A stretch of DNA of 38,884 nt from NCBI RefSeq assembly GCF_004010195.1, contig NW_025214078.1, positions 1-38,884 on the forward strand, given 5' to 3'. A program made the translations under genes and the position numbers. Below are positions 11,001 to 23,000 of the stretch, piece after piece. Under the pieces are notes generated by a model, which was given only the letters and a program-made list of their open reading frames with translations, had not been told where the DNA came from and did no database searches. How positions within the stretch are numbered: position 1 is the stretch's first letter; the number at the start of each line of letters is the position of its first letter. The stretch comes from Chiloscyllium plagiosum (taxonomy: Eukaryota).

Positions 11001-14000
11001 GACGTTGACGTTAGTATTGGTGACGGTGATGCCGTTGGCCTTGGTGCTGGTGTTGGTGTTGACGTTGACGTTAGTATTGGTGACGGTGATGCCGTTGGCC
11101 TTGGTGCTGGTGTTGGTGTTGACGTTGACGTTAGTATTGGTGACGGTGATGCCGTTGGCCTTGGTGCTGGTGTTGGTGTTGACGTTGACGTTAGTATTGG
11201 TGACGGTGATGCCGTTGGCCTTGGTGCTGGTGTTGGTGTTGACGTTGACGTTAGTATTGGTGACGGTGATGCCGTTGGCCTTGGTGCTGGTGTTGGTGTT
11301 GACGTTGACGTTAGTATTGGTGACGGTGATGCCGTTGGCCTTGGTGCTGGTGTTGGTGTTGACGTTGACGTTAGTATTGGTGACGGTGATGCCGTTGGCC
11401 TTGGTGCTGGTGTTGGTGTTGACGTTGACGTTAGTATTGGTGACGGTGATGCCGTTGGCCTTGGTGCTGGTGTTGGTGTTGACGTTGACGTTAGTATTGG
11501 TGACGGTGATGCCGTTGGCCTTGGTGCTGGTGTTGGTGTTGACGTTGACGTTAGTATTGGTGACGGTGATGCCGTTGGCCTTGGTGCTGGTGTTGGTGTT
11601 GACGTTGACGTTAGTATTGGTGACGGTGATGCCGTTGGCCTTGGTGCTGGTGTTGGTGTTGACGTTGACGTTAGTATTGGTGACGGTGATGCCGTTGGCC
11701 TTGGTGCTGGTGTTGGTGTTGACGTTGACGTTAGTATTGGTGACGGTGATGCCGTTGGCCTTGGTGCTGGTGTTGGTGTTGACGTTGACGTTAGTATTGG
11801 TGACGGTGATGCCGTTGGCCTTGGTGCTGGTGTTGGTGTTGACGTTGACGTTAGTATTGGTGACGGTGATGCCGTTGGCCTTGGTGCTGGTGTTGGTGTT
11901 GACGTTGACGTTAGTATTGGTGACGGTGATGCCGTTGGCCTTGGTGCTGGTGTTGGTGTTGACGTTGACGTTAGTATTGGTGACGGTGATGCCGTTGGCC
12001 TTGGTGCTGGTGTTGGTGTTGACGTTGACGTTAGTATTGGTGACGGTGATGCCGTTGGCCTTGGTGCTGGTGTTGGTGTTGACGTTGACGTTAGTATTGG
12101 TGACGGTGATGCCGTTGGCCTTGGTGCTGGTGTTGGTGTTGACGTTGACGTTAGTATTGGTGACGGTGATGCCGTTGGCCTTGGTGCTGGTGTTGGTGTT
12201 GACGTTGACGTTAGTATTGGTGACGGTGATGCCGTTGGCCTTGGTGCTGGTGTTGGTGTTGACGTTGACGTTAGTATTGGTGACGGTGATGCCGTTGGCC
12301 TTGGTGCTGGTGTTGGTGTTGACGTTGACGTTAGTATTGGTGACGGTGATGCCGTTGGCCTTGGTGCTGGTGTTGGTGTTGACGTTGACGTTAGTATTGG
12401 TGACGGTGATGCCGTTGGCCTTGGTGCTGGTGTTGGTGTTGACGTTGACGTTAGTATTGGTGACGGTGATGCCGTTGGCCTTGGTGCTGGTGTTGGTGTT
12501 GACGTTGACGTTAGTATTGGTGACGGTGATGCCGTTGGCCTTGGTGCTGGTGTTGGTGTTGACGTTGACGTTAGTATTGGTGACGGTGATGCCGTTGGCC
12601 TTGGTGCTGGTGTTGGTGTTGACGTTGACGTTAGTATTGGTGACGGTGATGCCGTTGGCCTTGGTGCTGGTGTTGGTGTTGACGTTGACGTTAGTATTGG
12701 TGACGGTGATGCCGTTGGCCTTGGTGCTGGTGTTGGTGTTGACGTTGACGTTAGTATTGGTGACGGTGATGCCGTTGGCCTTGGTGCTGGTGTTGGTGTT
12801 GACGTTGACGTTAGTATTGGTGACGGTGATGCCGTTGGCCTTGGTGCTGGTGTTGGTGTTGACGTTGACGTTAGTATTGGTGACGGTGATGCCGTTGGCC
12901 TTGGTGCTGGTGTTGGTGTTGACGTTGACGTTAGTATTGGTGACGGTGATGCCGTTGGCCTTGGTGCTGGTGTTGGTGTTGACGTTGACGTTAGTATTGG
13001 TGACGGTGATGCCGTTGGCCTTGGTGCTGGTGTTGGTGTTGACGTTGACGTTAGTATTGGTGACGGTGATGCCGTTGGCCTTGGTGCTGGTGTTGGTGTT
13101 GACGTTGACGTTAGTATTGGTGACGGTGATGCCGTTGGCCTTGGTGCTGGTGTTGGTGTTGACGTTGACGTTAGTATTGGTGACGGTGATGCCGTTGGCC
13201 TTGGTGCTGGTGTTGGTGTTGACGTTGACGTTAGTATTGGTGACGGTGATGCCGTTGGCCTTGGTGCTGGTGTTGGTGTTGACGTTGACGTTAGTATTGG
13301 TGACGGTGATGCCGTTGGCCTTGGTGCTGGTGTTGGTGTTGACGTTGACGTTAGTATTGGTGACGGTGATGCCGTTGGCCTTGGTGCTGGTGTTGGTGTT
13401 GACGTTGACGTTAGTATTGGTGACGGTGATGCCGTTGGCCTTGGTGCTGGTGTTGGTGTTGACGTTGACGTTAGTATTGGTGACGGTGATGCCGTTGGCC
13501 TTGGTGCTGGTGTTGGTGTTGACGTTGACGTTAGTATTGGTGACGGTGATGCCGTTGGCCTTGGTGCTGGTGTTGGTGTTGACGTTGACGTTAGTATTGG
13601 TGACGGTGATGCCGTTGGCCTTGGTGCTGGTGTTGGTGTTGACGTTGACGTTAGTATTGGTGACGGTGATGCCGTTGGCCTTGGTGCTGGTGTTGGTGTT
13701 GACGTTGACGTTAGTATTGGTGACGGTGATGCCGTTGGCCTTGGTGCTGGTGTTGGTGTTGACGTTGACGTTAGTATTGGTGACGGTGATGCCGTTGGCC
13801 TTGGTGCTGGTGTTGGTGTTGACGTTGACGTTAGTATTGGTGACGGTGATGCCGTTGGCCTTGGTGCTGGTGTTGGTGTTGACGTTGACGTTAGTATTGG
13901 TGACGGTGATGCCGTTGGCCTTGGTGCTGGTGTTGGTGTTGACGTTGACGTTAGTATTGGTGACGGTGATGCCGTTGGCCTTGGTGCTGGTGTTGGTGTT

Positions 14001-17000
14001 GACGTTGACGTTAGTATTGGTGACGGTGATGCCGTTGGCCTTGGTGCTGGTGTTGGTGTTGACGTTGACGTTAGTATTGGTGACGGTGATGCCGTTGGCC
14101 TTGGTGCTGGTGTTGGTGTTGACGTTGACGTTAGTATTGGTGACGGTGATGCCGTTGGCCTTGGTGCTGGTGTTGGTGTTGACGTTGACGTTAGTATTGG
14201 TGACGGTGATGCCGTTGGCCTTGGTGCTGGTGTTGGTGTTGACGTTGACGTTAGTATTGGTGACGGTGATGCCGTTGGCCTTGGTGCTGGTGTTGGTGTT
14301 GACGTTGACGTTAGTATTGGTGACGGTGATGCCGTTGGCCTTGGTGCTGGTGTTGGTGTTGACGTTGACGTTAGTATTGGTGACGGTGATGCCGTTGGCC
14401 TTGGTGCTGGTGTTGGTGTTGACGTTGACGTTAGTATTGGTGACGGTGATGCCGTTGGCCTTGGTGCTGGTGTTGGTGTTGACGTTGACGTTAGTATTGG
14501 TGACGGTGATGCCGTTGGCCTTGGTGCTGGTGTTGGTGTTGACGTTGACGTTAGTATTGGTGACGGTGATGCCGTTGGCCTTGGTGCTGGTGTTGGTGTT
14601 GACGTTGACGTTAGTATTGGTGACGGTGATGCCGTTGGCCTTGGTGCTGGTGTTGGTGTTGACGTTGACGTTAGTATTGGTGACGGTGATGCCGTTGGCC
14701 TTGGTGCTGGTGTTGGTGTTGACGTTGACGTTAGTATTGGTGACGGTGATGCCGTTGGCCTTGGTGCTGGTGTTGGTGTTGACGTTGACGTTAGTATTGG
14801 TGACGGTGATGCCGTTGGCCTTGGTGCTGGTGTTGGTGTTGACGTTGACGTTAGTATTGGTGACGGTGATGCCGTTGGCCTTGGTGCTGGTGTTGGTGTT
14901 GACGTTGACGTTAGTATTGGTGACGGTGATGCCGTTGGCCTTGGTGCTGGTGTTGGTGTTGACGTTGACGTTAGTATTGGTGACGGTGATGCCGTTGGCC
15001 TTGGTGCTGGTGTTGGTGTTGACGTTGACGTTAGTATTGGTGACGGTGATGCCGTTGGCCTTGGTGCTGGTGTTGGTGTTGACGTTGACGTTAGTATTGG
15101 TGACGGTGATGCCGTTGGCCTTGGTGCTGGTGTTGGTGTTGACGTTGACGTTAGTATTGGTGACGGTGATGCCGTTGGCCTTGGTGCTGGTGTTGGTGTT
15201 GACGTTGACGTTAGTATTGGTGACGGTGATGCCGTTGGCCTTGGTGCTGGTGTTGGTGTTGACGTTGACGTTAGTATTGGTGACGGTGATGCCGTTGGCC
15301 TTGGTGCTGGTGTTGGTGTTGACGTTGACGTTAGTATTGGTGACGGTGATGCCGTTGGCCTTGGTGCTGGTGTTGGTGTTGACGTTGACGTTAGTATTGG
15401 TGACGGTGATGCCGTTGGCCTTGGTGCTGGTGTTGGTGTTGACGTTGACGTTAGTATTGGTGACGGTGATGCCGTTGGCCTTGGTGCTGGTGTTGGTGTT
15501 GACGTTGACGTTAGTATTGGTGACGGTGATGCCGTTGGCCTTGGTGCTGGTGTTGGTGTTGACGTTGACGTTAGTATTGGTGACGGTGATGCCGTTGGCC
15601 TTGGTGCTGGTGTTGGTGTTGACGTTGACGTTAGTATTGGTGACGGTGATGCCGTTGGCCTTGGTGCTGGTGTTGGTGTTGACGTTGACGTTAGTATTGG
15701 TGACGGTGATGCCGTTGGCCTTGGTGCTGGTGTTGGTGTTGACGTTGACGTTAGTATTGGTGACGGTGATGCCGTTGGCCTTGGTGCTGGTGTTGGTGTT
15801 GACGTTGACGTTAGTATTGGTGACGGTGATGCCGTTGGCCTTGGTGCTGGTGTTGGTGTTGACGTTGACGTTAGTATTGGTGACGGTGATGCCGTTGGCC
15901 TTGGTGCTGGTGTTGGTGTTGACGTTGACGTTAGTATTGGTGACGGTGATGCCGTTGGCCTTGGTGCTGGTGTTGGTGTTGACGTTGACGTTAGTATTGG
16001 TGACGGTGATGCCGTTGGCCTTGGTGCTGGTGTTGGTGTTGACGTTGACGTTAGTATTGGTGACGGTGATGCCGTTGGCCTTGGTGCTGGTGTTGGTGTT
16101 GACGTTGACGTTAGTATTGGTGACGGTGATGCCGTTGGCCTTGGTGCTGGTGTTGGTGTTGACGTTGACGTTAGTATTGGTGACGGTGATGCCGTTGGCC
16201 TTGGTGCTGGTGTTGGTGTTGACGTTGACGTTAGTATTGGTGACGGTGATGCCGTTGGCCTTGGTGCTGGTGTTGGTGTTGACGTTGACGTTAGTATTGG
16301 TGACGGTGATGCCGTTGGCCTTGGTGCTGGTGTTGGTGTTGACGTTGACGTTAGTATTGGTGACGGTGATGCCGTTGGCCTTGGTGCTGGTGTTGGTGTT
16401 GACGTTGACGTTAGTATTGGTGACGGTGATGCCGTTGGCCTTGGTGCTGGTGTTGGTGTTGACGTTGACGTTAGTATTGGTGACGGTGATGCCGTTGGCC
16501 TTGGTGCTGGTGTTGGTGTTGACGTTGACGTTAGTATTGGTGACGGTGATGCCGTTGGCCTTGGTGCTGGTGTTGGTGTTGACGTTGACGTTAGTATTGG
16601 TGACGGTGATGCCGTTGGCCTTGGTGCTGGTGTTGGTGTTGACGTTGACGTTAGTATTGGTGACGGTGATGCCGTTGGCCTTGGTGCTGGTGTTGGTGTT
16701 GACGTTGACGTTAGTATTGGTGACGGTGATGCCGTTGGCCTTGGTGCTGGTGTTGGTGTTGACGTTGACGTTAGTATTGGTGACGGTGATGCCGTTGGCC
16801 TTGGTGCTGGTGTTGGTGTTGACGTTGACGTTAGTATTGGTGACGGTGATGCCGTTGGCCTTGGTGCTGGTGTTGGTGTTGACGTTGACGTTAGTATTGG
16901 TGACGGTGATGCCGTTGGCCTTGGTGCTGGTGTTGGTGTTGACGTTGACGTTAGTATTGGTGACGGTGATGCCGTTGGCCTTGGTGCTGGTGTTGGTGTT

Positions 17001-20000
17001 GACGTTGACGTTAGTATTGGTGACGGTGATGCCGTTGGCCTTGGTGCTGGTGTTGGTGTTGACGTTGACGTTAGTATTGGTGACGGTGATGCCGTTGGCC
17101 TTGGTGCTGGTGTTGGTGTTGACGTTGACGTTAGTATTGGTGACGGTGATGCCGTTGGCCTTGGTGCTGGTGTTGGTGTTGACGTTGACGTTAGTATTGG
17201 TGACGGTGATGCCGTTGGCCTTGGTGCTGGTGTTGGTGTTGACGTTGACGTTAGTATTGGTGACGGTGATGCCGTTGGCCTTGGTGCTGGTGTTGGTGTT
17301 GACGTTGACGTTAGTATTGGTGACGGTGATGCCGTTGGCCTTGGTGCTGGTGTTGGTGTTGACGTTGACGTTAGTATTGGTGACGGTGATGCCGTTGGCC
17401 TTGGTGCTGGTGTTGGTGTTGACGTTGACGTTAGTATTGGTGACGGTGATGCCGTTGGCCTTGGTGCTGGTGTTGGTGTTGACGTTGACGTTAGTATTGG
17501 TGACGGTGATGCCGTTGGCCTTGGTGCTGGTGTTGGTGTTGACGTTGACGTTAGTATTGGTGACGGTGATGCCGTTGGCCTTGGTGCTGGTGTTGGTGTT
17601 GACGTTGACGTTAGTATTGGTGACGGTGATGCCGTTGGCCTTGGTGCTGGTGTTGGTGTTGACGTTGACGTTAGTATTGGTGACGGTGATGCCGTTGGCC
17701 TTGGTGCTGGTGTTGGTGTTGACGTTGACGTTAGTATTGGTGACGGTGATGCCGTTGGCCTTGGTGCTGGTGTTGGTGTTGACGTTGACGTTAGTATTGG
17801 TGACGGTGATGCCGTTGGCCTTGGTGCTGGTGTTGGTGTTGACGTTGACGTTAGTATTGGTGACGGTGATGCCGTTGGCCTTGGTGCTGGTGTTGGTGTT
17901 GACGTTGACGTTAGTATTGGTGACGGTGATGCCGTTGGCCTTGGTGCTGGTGTTGGTGTTGACGTTGACGTTAGTATTGGTGACGGTGATGCCGTTGGCC
18001 TTGGTGCTGGTGTTGGTGTTGACGTTGACGTTAGTATTGGTGACGGTGATGCCGTTGGCCTTGGTGCTGGTGTTGGTGTTGACGTTGACGTTAGTATTGG
18101 TGACGGTGATGCCGTTGGCCTTGGTGCTGGTGTTGGTGTTGACGTTGACGTTAGTATTGGTGACGGTGATGCCGTTGGCCTTGGTGCTGGTGTTGGTGTT
18201 GACGTTGACGTTAGTATTGGTGACGGTGATGCCGTTGGCCTTGGTGCTGGTGTTGGTGTTGACGTTGACGTTAGTATTGGTGACGGTGATGCCGTTGGCC
18301 TTGGTGCTGGTGTTGGTGTTGACGTTGACGTTAGTATTGGTGACGGTGATGCCGTTGGCCTTGGTGCTGGTGTTGGTGTTGACGTTGACGTTAGTATTGG
18401 TGACGGTGATGCCGTTGGCCTTGGTGCTGGTGTTGGTGTTGACGTTGACGTTAGTATTGGTGACGGTGATGCCGTTGGCCTTGGTGCTGGTGTTGGTGTT
18501 GACGTTGACGTTAGTATTGGTGACGGTGATGCCGTTGGCCTTGGTGCTGGTGTTGGTGTTGACGTTGACGTTAGTATTGGTGACGGTGATGCCGTTGGCC
18601 TTGGTGCTGGTGTTGGTGTTGACGTTGACGTTAGTATTGGTGACGGTGATGCCGTTGGCCTTGGTGCTGGTGTTGGTGTTGACGTTGACGTTAGTATTGG
18701 TGACGGTGATGCCGTTGGCCTTGGTGCTGGTGTTGGTGTTGACGTTGACGTTAGTATTGGTGACGGTGATGCCGTTGGCCTTGGTGCTGGTGTTGGTGTT
18801 GACGTTGACGTTAGTATTGGTGACGGTGATGCCGTTGGCCTTGGTGCTGGTGTTGGTGTTGACGTTGACGTTAGTATTGGTGACGGTGATGCCGTTGGCC
18901 TTGGTGCTGGTGTTGGTGTTGACGTTGACGTTAGTATTGGTGACGGTGATGCCGTTGGCCTTGGTGCTGGTGTTGGTGTTGACGTTGACGTTAGTATTGG
19001 TGACGGTGATGCCGTTGGCCTTGGTGCTGGTGTTGGTGTTGACGTTGACGTTAGTATTGGTGACGGTGATGCCGTTGGCCTTGGTGCTGGTGTTGGTGTT
19101 GACGTTGACGTTAGTATTGGTGACGGTGATGCCGTTGGCCTTGGTGCTGGTGTTGGTGTTGACGTTGACGTTAGTATTGGTGACGGTGATGCCGTTGGCC
19201 TTGGTGCTGGTGTTGGTGTTGACGTTGACGTTAGTATTGGTGACGGTGATGCCGTTGGCCTTGGTGCTGGTGTTGGTGTTGACGTTGACGTTAGTATTGG
19301 TGACGGTGATGCCGTTGGCCTTGGTGCTGGTGTTGGTGTTGACGTTGACGTTAGTATTGGTGACGGTGATGCCGTTGGCCTTGGTGCTGGTGTTGGTGTT
19401 GACGTTGACGTTAGTATTGGTGACGGTGATGCCGTTGGCCTTGGTGCTGGTGTTGGTGTTGACGTTGACGTTAGTATTGGTGACGGTGATGCCGTTGGCC
19501 TTGGTGCTGGTGTTGGTGTTGACGTTGACGTTAGTATTGGTGACGGTGATGCCGTTGGCCTTGGTGCTGGTGTTGGTGTTGACGTTGACGTTAGTATTGG
19601 TGACGGTGATGCCGTTGGCCTTGGTGCTGGTGTTGGTGTTGACGTTGACGTTAGTATTGGTGACGGTGATGCCGTTGGCCTTGGTGCTGGTGTTGGTGTT
19701 GACGTTGACGTTAGTATTGGTGACGGTGATGCCGTTGGCCTTGGTGCTGGTGTTGGTGTTGACGTTGACGTTAGTATTGGTGACGGTGATGCCGTTGGCC
19801 TTGGTGCTGGTGTTGGTGTTGACGTTGACGTTAGTATTGGTGACGGTGATGCCGTTGGCCTTGGTGCTGGTGTTGGTGTTGACGTTGACGTTAGTATTGG
19901 TGACGGTGATGCCGTTGGCCTTGGTGCTGGTGTTGGTGTTGACGTTGACGTTAGTATTGGTGACGGTGATGCCGTTGGCCTTGGTGCTGGTGTTGGTGTT

Positions 20001-23000
20001 GACGTTGACGTTAGTATTGGTGACGGTGATGCCGTTGGCCTTGGTGCTGGTGTTGGTGTTGACGTTGACGTTAGTATTGGTGACGGTGATGCCGTTGGCC
20101 TTGGTGCTGGTGTTGGTGTTGACGTTGACGTTAGTATTGGTGACGGTGATGCCGTTGGCCTTGGTGCTGGTGTTGGTGTTGACGTTGACGTTAGTATTGG
20201 TGACGGTGATGCCGTTGGCCTTGGTGCTGGTGTTGGTGTTGACGTTGACGTTAGTATTGGTGACGGTGATGCCGTTGGCCTTGGTGCTGGTGTTGGTGTT
20301 GACGTTGACGTTAGTATTGGTGACGGTGATGCCGTTGGCCTTGGTGCTGGTGTTGGTGTTGACGTTGACGTTAGTATTGGTGACGGTGATGCCGTTGGCC
20401 TTGGTGCTGGTGTTGGTGTTGACGTTGACGTTAGTATTGGTGACGGTGATGCCGTTGGCCTTGGTGCTGGTGTTGGTGTTGACGTTGACGTTAGTATTGG
20501 TGACGGTGATGCCGTTGGCCTTGGTGCTGGTGTTGGTGTTGACGTTGACGTTAGTATTGGTGACGGTGATGCCGTTGGCCTTGGTGCTGGTGTTGGTGTT
20601 GACGTTGACGTTAGTATTGGTGACGGTGATGCCGTTGGCCTTGGTGCTGGTGTTGGTGTTGACGTTGACGTTAGTATTGGTGACGGTGATGCCGTTGGCC
20701 TTGGTGCTGGTGTTGGTGTTGACGTTGACGTTAGTATTGGTGACGGTGATGCCGTTGGCCTTGGTGCTGGTGTTGGTGTTGACGTTGACGTTAGTATTGG
20801 TGACGGTGATGCCGTTGGCCTTGGTGCTGGTGTTGGTGTTGACGTTGACGTTAGTATTGGTGACGGTGATGCCGTTGGCCTTGGTGCTGGTGTTGGTGTT
20901 GACGTTGACGTTAGTATTGGTGACGGTGATGCCGTTGGCCTTGGTGCTGGTGTTGGTGTTGACGTTGACGTTAGTATTGGTGACGGTGATGCCGTTGGCC
21001 TTGGTGCTGGTGTTGGTGTTGACGTTGACGTTAGTATTGGTGACGGTGATGCCGTTGGCCTTGGTGCTGGTGTTGGTGTTGACGTTGACGTTAGTATTGG
21101 TGACGGTGATGCCGTTGGCCTTGGTGCTGGTGTTGGTGTTGACGTTGACGTTAGTATTGGTGACGGTGATGCCGTTGGCCTTGGTGCTGGTGTTGGTGTT
21201 GACGTTGACGTTAGTATTGGTGACGGTGATGCCGTTGGCCTTGGTGCTGGTGTTGGTGTTGACGTTGACGTTAGTATTGGTGACGGTGATGCCGTTGGCC
21301 TTGGTGCTGGTGTTGGTGTTGACGTTGACGTTAGTATTGGTGACGGTGATGCCGTTGGCCTTGGTGCTGGTGTTGGTGTTGACGTTGACGTTAGTATTGG
21401 TGACGGTGATGCCGTTGGCCTTGGTGCTGGTGTTGGTGTTGACGTTGACGTTAGTATTGGTGACGGTGATGCCGTTGGCCTTGGTGCTGGTGTTGGTGTT
21501 GACGTTGACGTTAGTATTGGTGACGGTGATGCCGTTGGCCTTGGTGCTGGTGTTGGTGTTGACGTTGACGTTAGTATTGGTGACGGTGATGCCGTTGGCC
21601 TTGGTGCTGGTGTTGGTGTTGACGTTGACGTTAGTATTGGTGACGGTGATGCCGTTGGCCTTGGTGCTGGTGTTGGTGTTGACGTTGACGTTAGTATTGG
21701 TGACGGTGATGCCGTTGGCCTTGGTGCTGGTGTTGGTGTTGACGTTGACGTTAGTATTGGTGACGGTGATGCCGTTGGCCTTGGTGCTGGTGTTGGTGTT
21801 GACGTTGACGTTAGTATTGGTGACGGTGATGCCGTTGGCCTTGGTGCTGGTGTTGGTGTTGACGTTGACGTTAGTATTGGTGACGGTGATGCCGTTGGCC
21901 TTGGTGCTGGTGTTGGTGTTGACGTTGACGTTAGTATTGGTGACGGTGATGCCGTTGGCCTTGGTGCTGGTGTTGGTGTTGACGTTGACGTTAGTATTGG
22001 TGACGGTGATGCCGTTGGCCTTGGTGCTGGTGTTGGTGTTGACGTTGACGTTAGTATTGGTGACGGTGATGCCGTTGGCCTTGGTGCTGGTGTTGGTGTT
22101 GACGTTGACGTTAGTATTGGTGACGGTGATGCCGTTGGCCTTGGTGCTGGTGTTGGTGTTGACGTTGACGTTAGTATTGGTGACGGTGATGCCGTTGGCC
22201 TTGGTGCTGGTGTTGGTGTTGACGTTGACGTTAGTATTGGTGACGGTGATGCCGTTGGCCTTGGTGCTGGTGTTGGTGTTGACGTTGACGTTAGTATTGG
22301 TGACGGTGATGCCGTTGGCCTTGGTGCTGGTGTTGGTGTTGACGTTGACGTTAGTATTGGTGACGGTGATGCCGTTGGCCTTGGTGCTGGTGTTGGTGTT
22401 GACGTTGACGTTAGTATTGGTGACGGTGATGCCGTTGGCCTTGGTGCTGGTGTTGGTGTTGACGTTGACGTTAGTATTGGTGACGGTGATGCCGTTGGCC
22501 TTGGTGCTGGTGTTGGTGTTGACGTTGACGTTAGTATTGGTGACGGTGATGCCGTTGGCCTTGGTGCTGGTGTTGGTGTTGACGTTGACGTTAGTATTGG
22601 TGACGGTGATGCCGTTGGCCTTGGTGCTGGTGTTGGTGTTGACGTTGACGTTAGTATTGGTGACGGTGATGCCGTTGGCCTTGGTGCTGGTGTTGGTGTT
22701 GACGTTGACGTTAGTATTGGTGACGGTGATGCCGTTGGCCTTGGTGCTGGTGTTGGTGTTGACGTTGACGTTAGTATTGGTGACGGTGATGCCGTTGGCC
22801 TTGGTGCTGGTGTTGGTGTTGACGTTGACGTTAGTATTGGTGACGGTGATGCCGTTGGCCTTGGTGCTGGTGTTGGTGTTGACGTTGACGTTAGTATTGG
22901 TGACGGTGATGCCGTTGGCCTTGGTGCTGGTGTTGGTGTTGACGTTGACGTTAGTATTGGTGACGGTGATGCCGTTGGCCTTGGTGCTGGTGTTGGTGTT